Assembly (NCBI GenBank): GCA_041178425.1
Contig: JBEGVH010000009.1
Location: 209,250-273,249 of the forward strand
DNA: 64,000 nucleotides
From: Pseudomonadota bacterium
GTDB lineage: Bacteria > Bdellovibrionota > Bdellovibrionia > Bdellovibrionales > Bdellovibrionaceae
Direction of reading: 5' to 3'
Position numbers and translations under genes: made by a program. This document shows positions 20,901 to 29,483 of this stretch, piece after piece (positions within the stretch are counted from its first letter, which is position 1; each line of letters opens with the position of its first letter). The notes under the pieces are model-generated. The model did not search any database and was not told the origin of the DNA. It saw only the letters and a list, made by a program, of their open reading frames with translations.

Positions 20901-23863
20901 TAAATTATACCAATTTGAGTTCCTGGACTCCTAATGCGATAAGTTTTTCACAAACTTATGCCTTTACAGTACCACAAGCAAACACGAGCTCCGCAAAAAT
21001 TAAACTTACAGCTACCAACTCGATTAACAAAACGGCCTCCAGTGAATCTAATGCCTTTGTAATTGACTCTACGATTCCCTTAATGACGGCGAATCAATTC
21101 TTTCTCAACGGAGGCGCCACCACCACGACCACTAGCGCCTTCAAAGTTAGCTTGAAGGCTGCAGATAATCTTACTCCCATCACCGCTTTTTGCCTCAAAG
21201 CCAATTCAACGACTGCACCCACGAGCGAAGATAACTGCTGGCGATCAGTCTCTGCCTCCCCGCCCGGCCTCACACCAAACATAAATCTGAGTCTCGTGAA
21301 TTTTCCATTTGCAGCGGGTGCATCTCCCGGAAGCTACTCTATCTATGCGTGGGTTAAAGATAAGGCTCAAAACATTTCGACTTTGTCGAACGCCGGCAGC
21401 GGTACCGTCGGACTCGATAAGGCGTCTATTAGTTACAGTCCACCAGTGGCACCACTATTGATCAATTTGATCGCCTCAAAACGAAGTAATCCTGGTAACC
21501 CTCTCGATCCGATCGAAGATCTTTATGCCCCCGCAGGCACACCAATTTACCTCCGCTGGAAGGCAACCGATAATCAAACGCTTCCTGCAACTCCTATACA
21601 GGTCACATACACCCTTGATGGAGTCACTTTTTCACCAGTGGCAGCTGACCTTAGTAATGGCGTCAATGGTTCTTGTACCTTCAATGCGACCGATTACACA
21701 GGTTGCTTTCAGTTTGATTCTCCAACCACCTCGGCATTTTCTATTCGAGTCACTGTAACAGATGCAGAAGGTGTGTCGGTGTCTGCGAGCTCACAGCCTC
21801 TAAACAGTAAACCATTGAACATTATCGCCGGCAACACCGATACCGGGCTCGGTGGTAGCGCCGCCCTAGCTGTTATTTTTCACCGAGAACGAGGTCCTGG
21901 AACTTGGAGCGGATCGGGCGGTTTTGTTGTTCGCAACGAAGGCGATATGTATCTGATCGACGACCGAGGCCTAATGAAAGTCGATCTTTCAGATGGAATC
22001 TACAAACGATTCTTACCATACACTGGCTCCCACCAAGACGGCTCCATCGCGGCAGCGACCCTTTCGCGTTCACCCGTCAAAATTGCCCTCGATTTTTCTG
22101 ATCGGTTGCTTATTTATGATAACGATCGAATTAAACGGGTCGATTTTAAAACAAACACTATCAGCACGATCATCGGCGGCGGATCGTCAACAGCCAGCGG
22201 AACCAGCGCACTACAATTTAAGATCACACCTGTAGGATCTGTGAATGTGTCCTTCTATCCACTTCCGAACGGTGATATCTGGTTTCAAACAGGAGATGAT
22301 CATGGACACTCGCGAAGTGGCGGCGCAAAAATGCGTATTTACAAAGCGAGCCTCAACCAAGTATTCACTCTCACCCCCACCGGCACGGGCTCGCTCGAAG
22401 ACGCAGCTTTTGATCCGACAAATTACGGCATCTATAATTTTGGAATCGCGTTTAATCCCTCGACGTCAGAGGTCACGCACCTGAGATCCCGATCGATTAT
22501 TCCAACTTCGGGCGGTCATATTCCCCGCAGTGTCAGTTACGACCCAGTCACAGGCGTTACTAAGACGCCTCATGTTCCGTGGGTGAGTTACTGGAGCGAT
22601 GATACCACTATCAATAGTCGCTCCGGCGAAATGTATGTGGTAAATAGATTTACTTTGAATGGTTTATTTAAATATGTTCCCGCTACGAACAGTTGGACAC
22701 GCCTCTTAGGGACTGGCACCAAAGGGCAATGCCCCGACGGCACGCCAGCACTGAGTTGTAATATGGACATTGCCGACGCTTTTATTGGCGATCAAGATCG
22801 CATCTTTTTTCTAGATAGAGGGCGCATACGCACGCTCGATAGCGCGGGAAAAGTGGTAACACTCTACGGGCAAAATCTCTCTTTTGGTGATGGAGGGAAT
22901 CCGAGCTCGGCCCGAATAAATGAGATTCTCTGGCTCGATATAACGAATGCTGGCTCGGTCATCTTTATCGACAATGCTGAATTCAAGATTCGAGAATTTA
23001 GCATGGGCAATCCCATCCAACTCCTCGCGGGAACTGGTAGTGATGCCGCCCCAAATACCTCTGACCCTGCAAACACCCAACCGGTTACAGTCAATTACTG
23101 GGGTGGGCACTATCCATTCGTTGCGAATCCTAGCAATGGAAATATTTTTTACTCGCGCGGTGGGGGCGTTTTCTCAATGCTCGATCGCATATTGAACAAA
23201 TGGGTTGATTTTGCCGGGACGGGCTCGACAAATGACGTCAATGCCGACGGCCTTTTAGGTAATCAAATCGCGATGAGTGGGTATCCTACGGGGCCCAATG
23301 GCTTCAACGGCTCACAGGTGTTACGGCACCGCCACGAATGGAATGGCACTCAATACACCGACGCTTTTTTAAAACTCTATGATGTGAACACAGGACAACA
23401 AAGCGCTTTTGCCGGTGTAACAGGTATAGGACTTGCTGGAAGTATTGACAATTGTGCCGATGGCACTGCACTCACAAGTTGTGCCATGCCCCACAACCAC
23501 GGAACGCTCAGCAAAATTCACTGGGATCAAGCAAACAATCGTTGGCTAATTCATCAAGCCGGAAGCAATCGTATTCGCACAGGTGTTACAGGCGGAACTA
23601 TGCAGACCCTTGTCAATCTCCCCCATGGATCAAATGCCTTTGTTTATGTGCCAAAAGCCTCGGGGAACGTAGTCTATTACTGCACGAGTGGAAGACTCCA
23701 CCGCTACAATCTTACAAGTGCCACTGATGATACTCTACCTTGGCCCGACTCGACCACCAGCTGCAGCGGATTATCTATGGTTTGGAACGCGAATCGAACT
23801 TCAGTGGTGTTTCCAATTAGGAAAAACAATCTCGGAGGGGTTGCAGAATATATTGATCCGTGA
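17972..23863 (+). CDS. Large surface lipoprotein with tandem Ig-like repeats and a C-terminal NHL-like beta-propeller region (putative adhesin)
   Basis: Lipobox FLAC; many repeats ending D..GN...(I/L)DSTPP; C-terminal IAG/LAGTG propeller-like repeats. Confidence 0.85.
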   Translation: MIFRTNKFIFERSLNQFLLMVLSSFFLACQMDVAVNYSDASKSFRIAGTENLEKIYMKGNSSFQVVWDPNDLSEEDQDIIFELSLDNGKTFQIVGEAKRFSGSALLNMPIANTPGALIRMRVSAQVLGTTKVFTIDSTAPEIRSSTVLDGRVRGGAEQTLNLILADSLSGISSLQVEFESTESQVIKTVFLNTIPAGDLERLQLKFSFPRVSKEGFLVTKLFDRSGNISIIKNPLSIDSTPPDSPNFNFATPSPISTNDVTVQVSNCEVGTKILFTESSLQPETNSPDWKTCEPDQNFQLTPSDGLKTIRGWSMDDVENISGQPSSKTIVLDSSPPTLAILSPNIGTVIKGGTEYSLSWLASDALSSFQTQLEFSTDGGLTFQELPNGTNSNTQPWTVPLIDTNQAKVRLRATDDANNTSSVVSTNFIIDSTPPMITVPSLSSLRGGAEAVIEFSTSDSGSGMVGGLSSVRFEYSADGISFDPIATVSGLASSFRWSVPITNTETAKLRIIAVDAIGNQKTETTGPFSIDSTPPSQPTFTWDTQSPTNSLIVSFTASSCNDIAGYYVNLGSPPTGNEGGWRLCNTTAGGLSYITSGLIDGDQTFFVWVKDAVGNINPVSSQMNFVYDTTAPALQLLSPSSSLSLAGEKQLSVSWEASDAHFGLKPMKLEYSSTGTSPWTTLIASTENDGAFVWTIPSLDSQNVKFRLTASDLAGNISRVESPTLSIDSTPPQPPSISLTSSSPTANRRVTMTVNNCSDIHKLVATEGLPPNVDDDALWHECSTDANSLVYDLPTSEQGSRTINIWAIDSVKNVSLSSTDITIIYDDVSPQLTLQSLPNTINSGTNITITWSITEATISPSKSFLIEVKQNSSASWETIATVASTLGPLSNKTFSTTWAVPSWTTNDARIRISISDLAGNFSTIESNNFSIQSGFPNLNLTGIPDVVKGGTSLNLELIATTPAGQLNEVVLSYAADGINYTNLSSWTPNAISFSQTYAFTVPQANTSSAKIKLTATNSINKTASSESNAFVIDSTIPLMTANQFFLNGGATTTTTSAFKVSLKAADNLTPITAFCLKANSTTAPTSEDNCWRSVSASPPGLTPNINLSLVNFPFAAGASPGSYSIYAWVKDKAQNISTLSNAGSGTVGLDKASISYSPPVAPLLINLIASKRSNPGNPLDPIEDLYAPAGTPIYLRWKATDNQTLPATPIQVTYTLDGVTFSPVAADLSNGVNGSCTFNATDYTGCFQFDSPTTSAFSIRVTVTDAEGVSVSASSQPLNSKPLNIIAGNTDTGLGGSAALAVIFHRERGPGTWSGSGGFVVRNEGDMYLIDDRGLMKVDLSDGIYKRFLPYTGSHQDGSIAAATLSRSPVKIALDFSDRLLIYDNDRIKRVDFKTNTISTIIGGGSSTASGTSALQFKITPVGSVNVSFYPLPNGDIWFQTGDDHGHSRSGGAKMRIYKASLNQVFTLTPTGTGSLEDAAFDPTNYGIYNFGIAFNPSTSEVTHLRSRSIIPTSGGHIPRSVSYDPVTGVTKTPHVPWVSYWSDDTTINSRSGEMYVVNRFTLNGLFKYVPATNSWTRLLGTGTKGQCPDGTPALSCNMDIADAFIGDQDRIFFLDRGRIRTLDSAGKVVTLYGQNLSFGDGGNPSSARINEILWLDITNAGSVIFIDNAEFKIREFSMGNPIQLLAGTGSDAAPNTSDPANTQPVTVNYWGGHYPFVANPSNGNIFYSRGGGVFSMLDRILNKWVDFAGTGSTNDVNADGLLGNQIAMSGYPTGPNGFNGSQVLRHRHEWNGTQYTDAFLKLYDVNTGQQSAFAGVTGIGLAGSIDNCADGTALTSCAMPHNHGTLSKIHWDQANNRWLIHQAGSNRIRTGVTGGTMQTLVNLPHGSNAFVYVPKASGNVVYYCTSGRLHRYNLTSATDDTLPWPDSTTSCSGLSMVWNANRTSVVFPIRKNNLGGVAEYIDP

Positions 23864-23865
23864 AT

Positions 23866-24231
23866 CTATTTGGCATCCACTTTTAAACATTGGATATCGA
23901 TCACTTCTTGTTCGGCAGTCTCAAAAAAACCATCGAGTTCTGGAAGAAAAATACCAAGACCAACGGAGGCATTACTCTTGCCGATATCGCACGTAACACC
24001 AATAATGTCTTGCCCGTGCATTTGTGTGTATCGTTGTTCACAATTGGAATAGATCTGAGGTTCACCCGATCCGCGAACTTCCACAGTGCTTGGAATCCCC
24101 CCTTCGACCGAGGCCCCTTTGGCGCGTACAAGTACGGTTAATTTTTTATCTTCGCTCGAGCAATCAAAGGCTTTCGCCATCGCCGTACTGCCCAGAACAA
24201 AACAAAGAACTGCACAAATTGAAGCTTTCAT
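23866..24231 (-). CDS. Small secreted hypothetical protein
   Basis: Signal peptide ending TAMA; 4 Cys in the mature part; GGGGG upstream. Confidence 0.7.
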   Translation of the reverse strand: MKASICAVLCFVLGSTAMAKAFDCSSEDKKLTVLVRAKGASVEGGIPSTVEVRGSGEPQIYSNCEQRYTQMHGQDIIGVTCDIGKSNASVGLGIFLPELDGFFETAEQEVIDIQCLKVDAK

Positions 24232-24418
24232 AGGCCCCCCTTGAATAGCGTTCTGCCTATCTAGCGCCGTTTACCAGCTATGACAATCCAAAATCTAGAT
24301 CCGAGGGTGTAATTTATCCTCGCCCCCTTTCTCACCGTCCTGCTAGTGTTGACAGGCGAACGACCCATCCACTATCTCTTTTGGCTCCAAACTCGTTGGA
24401 TCGTAGGAGACTAATATT

Positions 24419-24937
24419 ATGAATTTCTCTTTGGTTTTTGCCGTTGTCGTAGGGCTCACTTCTTTTGCCAATGCGCGAACCTTCTACAAAACTCAATGGG
24501 CTCAGTCTTTTAGCTATTCAAATGCTATTGCTGAAACAGCCGTACAAAAGTCACTAGAACTGACCGGCACGGCCACATATTCCGACGATTTTGTTTTTTG
24601 CCAAATCACGTTGGATGAAAAACGCATCCCCTGCCAGATGTTTACCGACCGCCCAGGAATTACCGCTTTTTTTAAAACGTCGGAATACATCACTCTTTTG
24701 AAAAACCACTCAAAAAAATTAGACCCCTCTGGACGCCGAACGCTTGAAATTGTCATTGCCCATCTAGAAAATGATGCGGCCGAAAAAAAGGAAAACGACA
24801 GAGAATCCTATGAAGGGATTCTCATAAAGATCTTGTTTTCTAAATACAGTGATCGAATCACTCAATTTCATGACCCGGCGAGCGACTTTGAATCGGTTCA
24901 CCGCCGAAGCTCAGCCACTTTAGTAAGAAGCTACTAA
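24419..24937 (+). CDS. Secreted hypothetical protein
   Basis: AGGAG SD; signal peptide ending ANA. Confidence 0.75.
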   Translation: MNFSLVFAVVVGLTSFANARTFYKTQWAQSFSYSNAIAETAVQKSLELTGTATYSDDFVFCQITLDEKRIPCQMFTDRPGITAFFKTSEYITLLKNHSKKLDPSGRRTLEIVIAHLENDAAEKKENDRESYEGILIKILFSKYSDRITQFHDPASDFESVHRRSSATLVRSY

Positions 24938-24954
24938 GCTCTCACGCTGATTCG

Positions 24955-27348
24955 CTACTCCAAAATTGGCTCGTTAGTAATAAAAGCATTTCTCCAAGGG
25001 ACCGAGGGTAAGACCTTCGAGTCTTCGGCAACATTCAATGGAACCAAGCTTGCCATCGTTTTTGGGATGATTCGCACCTTAGTTTCTTCACATAGCTGTT
25101 GCACAGAGTTCTCTTCGTAGCGAGACGTTACTAAGACCGCTTGTTTTGCAAGACCATGCTTTTTAATAATTTCAAGCCCTGTTACACCCTGGCCAATCAG
25201 TTCAAAATCAATCAAAAAGAAACACTTCTCCAATTCCGCGCTGGCCTGTAAATGAAACCACTGCTCGAATTCCTGAGCTGATGTAAAACTAACCTGTGGT
25301 AGAAGCACTTCTGGAGAACGTAATTCTTCTATGCGCTCCCTCCAAACCTGATGAATCGAAATGTCATCATCGATGGAAATGACTTTTATTCCCTTTTCAA
25401 ATAGCAATTGATCTACAAACCAGATAGGCATTGCCGCCTTCGGAAAAATCAATTCGATGGTTGCTCCAGCTCCTGGCCTATTGATGATCTTTAATTGCCC
25501 CCCTGAAGCATCCATCGTCTTTTTTGCGTGGTAAAGCCCGAGTCCTGAGCCATTACTTGCTCCTACCTTGCCATCACTCAGTCCCCACTCACCCAAACCA
25601 GAAATCACCTTTTCAGGTATTCCCGGTCCGGAGTCTCGCACAGAGATGACGGCCTCATTCCCACGAGAAAAAACATTCACAATAACAGGTCCGGCAGAAC
25701 CACTCATGGCCTCAATCGAATTATTAATAAGATTCGAAAGAACCCGTTTAAGCTCCATGGAACTGACACAAATGAAAAGGCCATAGGCATTACTAATATC
25801 AATGCTGATATTAACTCCCTGGCGTTCTCTATACTCGGTTCGTTTTTCAGAAACGATGCTATCAACAAGTGAAGCTAAAAGGACTTTTTCTTGTTTGGAA
25901 CCATCCATCGCCATTCGCCGGCGCGGATCTTTTAACCTTTTGCTCTTTGCTAATAGCTCATTTGCGATATCATTTATTCGATGAACTGCATCTCGTATTA
26001 AAATTCGTTTTTCCTCGGGAAGCTCCGAAGAATGACCCATGATCAGCGATAATGCACTCAATGGACTTCGAATATCGTGCGCCACCTGAGCCGCCGACTC
26101 ACCCACTGCCGCCTGAAGCTTGAGTTTATCTTTTTCGGCGCGCAGCCGCAGACTTTCGAGCGTCTTTTGTTGGGCCATTTCAAGCGCTTCTTTTTTTTCT
26201 TCGATCACCAATGCGTATCGCTTCCAGAGTGTCACCAAAAACAACAAGGCTTCTATTAGAGTGATGGGAATAAATGCCGCATCGATGACATCCGAAAAAG
26301 GCATGCTGACTCGGTCGTTAAGAAACCCCAAACCACTGATCAAGAAATTGATCCCCACAAATAAAGAGAGCCAGCGATTCTCTTTCGAACGATAGGATTG
26401 GCTGAAGGCAATGATGGCAATTAAAAACTGAATCGTCACGCCGACGGAATAAATCAGACCAAAGGCTTTTGGCACAGAGCTGACAAGCACAACCACGCCG
26501 AAGACTACGCTTAAAACTGCGAGAGTCTGTATCAACATTTTCAATGATCTTCTAACAACGACAAATAGCCGTTCTATGAAAACTAAGATCAAAGCATTGG
26601 CTATTCCAAATGAAAACATCGAAAGACCCGGCGACCACATTGAAAAAAACTGATACCCGTAGCCTTGTATCCCTAAAAATAAACCCATGGTGGCAACTAA
26701 ATAGCCACCGTAGAGAAGATAAATAGTTTCTCGTGTGGCAACAAAAGTAAAAAAAGCGAGCATTGCAATACAGAAAAAGAAACTATAGCTAATGGCACTC
26801 AGCATATACTCTTTCGACGTAGAGTCTACAAATCGATTCCACTTTACCATCTCGGGACTGTAGCTTGAACGTTTTGAAGAGCCGGCGACCCAAAAGTACA
26901 AAGTTTCTTGCGGTTGAAGGTTAGAAAGCAATATTGCCGTTTTACGAAACTTAATTTTTTCATCCGAAGAGTCTCTATACCCATGCAAAGTGGCCTTGAA
27001 GTCGCCTTGTTGTTGACGAAACATTTTAAACGTTTGCGCTAACGGAAACAGTAAAACCCACTCAGAGCTTTTCTGACTCCAATCGCCTAGGTTTAAGCGA
27101 TACCAGTTGCCCGAAAAAGCTGCCAGTTTCTCACCTTCAGGAGAATACGCTTGAGTCCATTGGGTTTCATACTCCAAGGCTTCGGCTCGTTGAATAGCAT
27201 TCGTCGATGGCAACAACTCAAGCATGGGTTTAAGGTCAACAACATCTGTTTGTGAGTCTTCGGCCAAACCAGAGGATGAAAGGGATAATGACGATAAAAT
27301 AAAAACGAGAAAGGCTGTTAAAACGATTTTCCCTGCACTGATGAACAT
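24955..27348 (-). CDS. 7TM-DISM-type sensor histidine kinase with a degenerate C-terminal receiver-like domain
   Basis: Periplasmic domain and about 7 TM helices; H-box QVAHDIRSPL, N-box NLINNSIEA, G-boxes DSGPG and GSGLGL; C-terminal IDDD...LIDFE. Confidence 0.9.
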   Translation of the reverse strand: MFISAGKIVLTAFLVFILSSLSLSSSGLAEDSQTDVVDLKPMLELLPSTNAIQRAEALEYETQWTQAYSPEGEKLAAFSGNWYRLNLGDWSQKSSEWVLLFPLAQTFKMFRQQQGDFKATLHGYRDSSDEKIKFRKTAILLSNLQPQETLYFWVAGSSKRSSYSPEMVKWNRFVDSTSKEYMLSAISYSFFFCIAMLAFFTFVATRETIYLLYGGYLVATMGLFLGIQGYGYQFFSMWSPGLSMFSFGIANALILVFIERLFVVVRRSLKMLIQTLAVLSVVFGVVVLVSSVPKAFGLIYSVGVTIQFLIAIIAFSQSYRSKENRWLSLFVGINFLISGLGFLNDRVSMPFSDVIDAAFIPITLIEALLFLVTLWKRYALVIEEKKEALEMAQQKTLESLRLRAEKDKLKLQAAVGESAAQVAHDIRSPLSALSLIMGHSSELPEEKRILIRDAVHRINDIANELLAKSKRLKDPRRRMAMDGSKQEKVLLASLVDSIVSEKRTEYRERQGVNISIDISNAYGLFICVSSMELKRVLSNLINNSIEAMSGSAGPVIVNVFSRGNEAVISVRDSGPGIPEKVISGLGEWGLSDGKVGASNGSGLGLYHAKKTMDASGGQLKIINRPGAGATIELIFPKAAMPIWFVDQLLFEKGIKVISIDDDISIHQVWRERIEELRSPEVLLPQVSFTSAQEFEQWFHLQASAELEKCFFLIDFELIGQGVTGLEIIKKHGLAKQAVLVTSRYEENSVQQLCEETKVRIIPKTMASLVPLNVAEDSKVLPSVPWRNAFITNEPILE

Positions 27349-27435
27349 TTCACACCTACATTCCGACGGTAAAACATACGTTTTTTCACGCCATCGGCCC
27401 TAAGATTTGCAATGACAATGCCATGACTTGCAGCC

Positions 27436-28470
27436 CTAGGGTTTCTTAACCGGCACAAGCGGGGTATCTATTTGAACGCACAACTGTGTGGCCAGTTGGC
27501 CTCCCAACCTATACTTAAGGGTGTCGCTTTTAAAATTGTCTACAGATTCCTGCCAAGGCACGCTATCAATGAGAACGTGGCCTAGAAAATCCTGACTCTC
27601 ATAAATAGCACCAATACCCGAAATGGCCCATTGAACAATGGAATCCGAATATCCTCTCGTTGTAAGTTCACACCCAACGTAAAGCGCCGAAAAAAAGTGA
27701 TACTTTCGACTCAATCCTATTGTTTGTCCGCGGATAGTAACGCTTTGACGGCCCATATAAATGGGCCTTAGTTGTGGAAAAAAGGTTTCAAAGCGCCGCG
27801 AAAACAAAAGTGCCAATCGGTTTAGTCGCTCATATTGCTTTGTTTTATAGAGCTTTTCTTGAATCAGTGGCCAAGTGACATAACTTGAAAATACCGCTAA
27901 ACCGAGGAGCGTATCCCGAACACTCCCTTTACCTATCACCCGAAGGTAATGGTCAAAATTGTCTCCAATCTCTGAACTCGAATGCGTAGTGAAAACATCG
28001 GCGAAAGCAAATAACACCTTATCTAGCTCAGGCCGAGCAATAATCTGATCAGATATATGTCCGTAGAGAGCCGTGCAAGGATTGCTATCGTTCACCTTGC
28101 CATCATTGATCCGAGTGCATTTGGGGCTCACAATCTCGAAGAGATCTTCGATAAAATGCTCGCAGAATTTCACCTGACGTCTGAAACCCTTCTGAGTCGC
28201 CAGTAAAACCGGTGTCTGAACGGCAATGCATGCATCGATGCCTACTTCTTTGTAGGTAGCCATGGGATTGAAGCCCTCGGGTTCGTAGTTCTCTGTGATG
28301 GATTTTTGTCTTTCGGCAAGTGCTTGGCAGAGTTCACTCCCTCTGGAATATCTTTGATGAGACGGGATTCGTTCTTGGGCCTCTTCGCATTCGGAGGCCA
28401 TTCCAAAAGAAGGCGACAGTAAGAAAACAGCCAGTATCCAATGCAAAATCAAGGGTTCCTCCGATATCAA
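27436..28470 (-). CDS. Hypothetical secreted protein
   Basis: 344-aa ORF with a signal-like N-terminus and paired Cys; start uncertain. Confidence 0.7.
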   Translation of the reverse strand: MISEEPLILHWILAVFLLSPSFGMASECEEAQERIPSHQRYSRGSELCQALAERQKSITENYEPEGFNPMATYKEVGIDACIAVQTPVLLATQKGFRRQVKFCEHFIEDLFEIVSPKCTRINDGKVNDSNPCTALYGHISDQIIARPELDKVLFAFADVFTTHSSSEIGDNFDHYLRVIGKGSVRDTLLGLAVFSSYVTWPLIQEKLYKTKQYERLNRLALLFSRRFETFFPQLRPIYMGRQSVTIRGQTIGLSRKYHFFSALYVGCELTTRGYSDSIVQWAISGIGAIYESQDFLGHVLIDSVPWQESVDNFKSDTLKYRLGGQLATQLCVQIDTPLVPVKKP

Positions 28471-28656
28471 TCGAAGGCGCAGACTATCACAGATTCTGTC
28501 AATTTTACATTAAATCTGTTTAGACTGATGTGTTTCTTACCGGCCCCAAGGTTGTTAACCCATCCCAAAGAAGGGGGGTGACATTTTTTGTTCTAAAAAA
28601 CAATTTTTGATTACTAAAAGACCGTTATCAAAAATAAGAGACCTCAAAAAAAGTAC

Positions 28657-29262
28657 CTAATCCAAAACAATTTTAGCTTCCACTTCAACAGGAATGGAGC
28701 CCGGAACAAAGCGAATGATCTTTGCTTTCATCTCTTCGGGGGTCAAACGCGGAGGAAATGTAACTAAAGTAAAGAGATGACCATTATTAGTTGAACTGCG
28801 ATGGTGCCTCCAGCCGCTAAAGAGCCAGCTTGAAACTTTTTTAGAATTAAAAAAGACAACTACGCATTTCTTTGTTGTGCTATGACCATCTAATTCTGAA
28901 TACAAAACAGAATCAGCCACAACGAGTCGATCAATTTGGCTCCAATCATAGGCCGAAACACCCAGCGAAATAACGAGGTTCAAAGAGAGCTTGTCGGATC
29001 CAAACTTCATCAAGGGCAGGCCTGGGTGATGTTTTAAATAGTCAACAATTCTGAAAAGCACAAGGACACCCAAACCACTCACAGCGAGAAAAATAAATCC
29101 GAGTCCCTGAAAGACAAAGTGACCTGCCCCCTGCCCTAGATAGAAGAATAACAGTCCGAGAACAAAGACAACAGCGATAATAAAAATCGCGGTAATGACA
29201 GTCTCTTTTTTGCTTCGATAAATAACGAGTTCGTTTTCGTGTAATACTAATGATGCTTCCAT
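28657..29262 (-). CDS. Hypothetical membrane protein (2 TM)
   Basis: Two N-terminal TM helices followed by a soluble domain; ATG at 29262. Confidence 0.72.
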   Translation of the reverse strand: MEASLVLHENELVIYRSKKETVITAIFIIAVVFVLGLLFFYLGQGAGHFVFQGLGFIFLAVSGLGVLVLFRIVDYLKHHPGLPLMKFGSDKLSLNLVISLGVSAYDWSQIDRLVVADSVLYSELDGHSTTKKCVVVFFNSKKVSSWLFSGWRHHRSSTNNGHLFTLVTFPPRLTPEEMKAKIIRFVPGSIPVEVEAKIVLD

Positions 29263-29483
29263 GTTCTTAGTATAGAGCAAATCAACACCATCAAAGATGT
29301 TGTAGAACAGAATTTTATTTTTGTCTCAATTTCAAACGATGTTTGGATCAAGCTGGGATTTATGAATCTGGTAAGAGGGAACTTTTAATGAGAAGTAATT
29401 ATTTTAAGAGGTAGTAAAGACTTTAATTTATAAAAACAAATCCGATAAGAATCTAGATACTTCTCTTATTCTGGAGACTTTGG

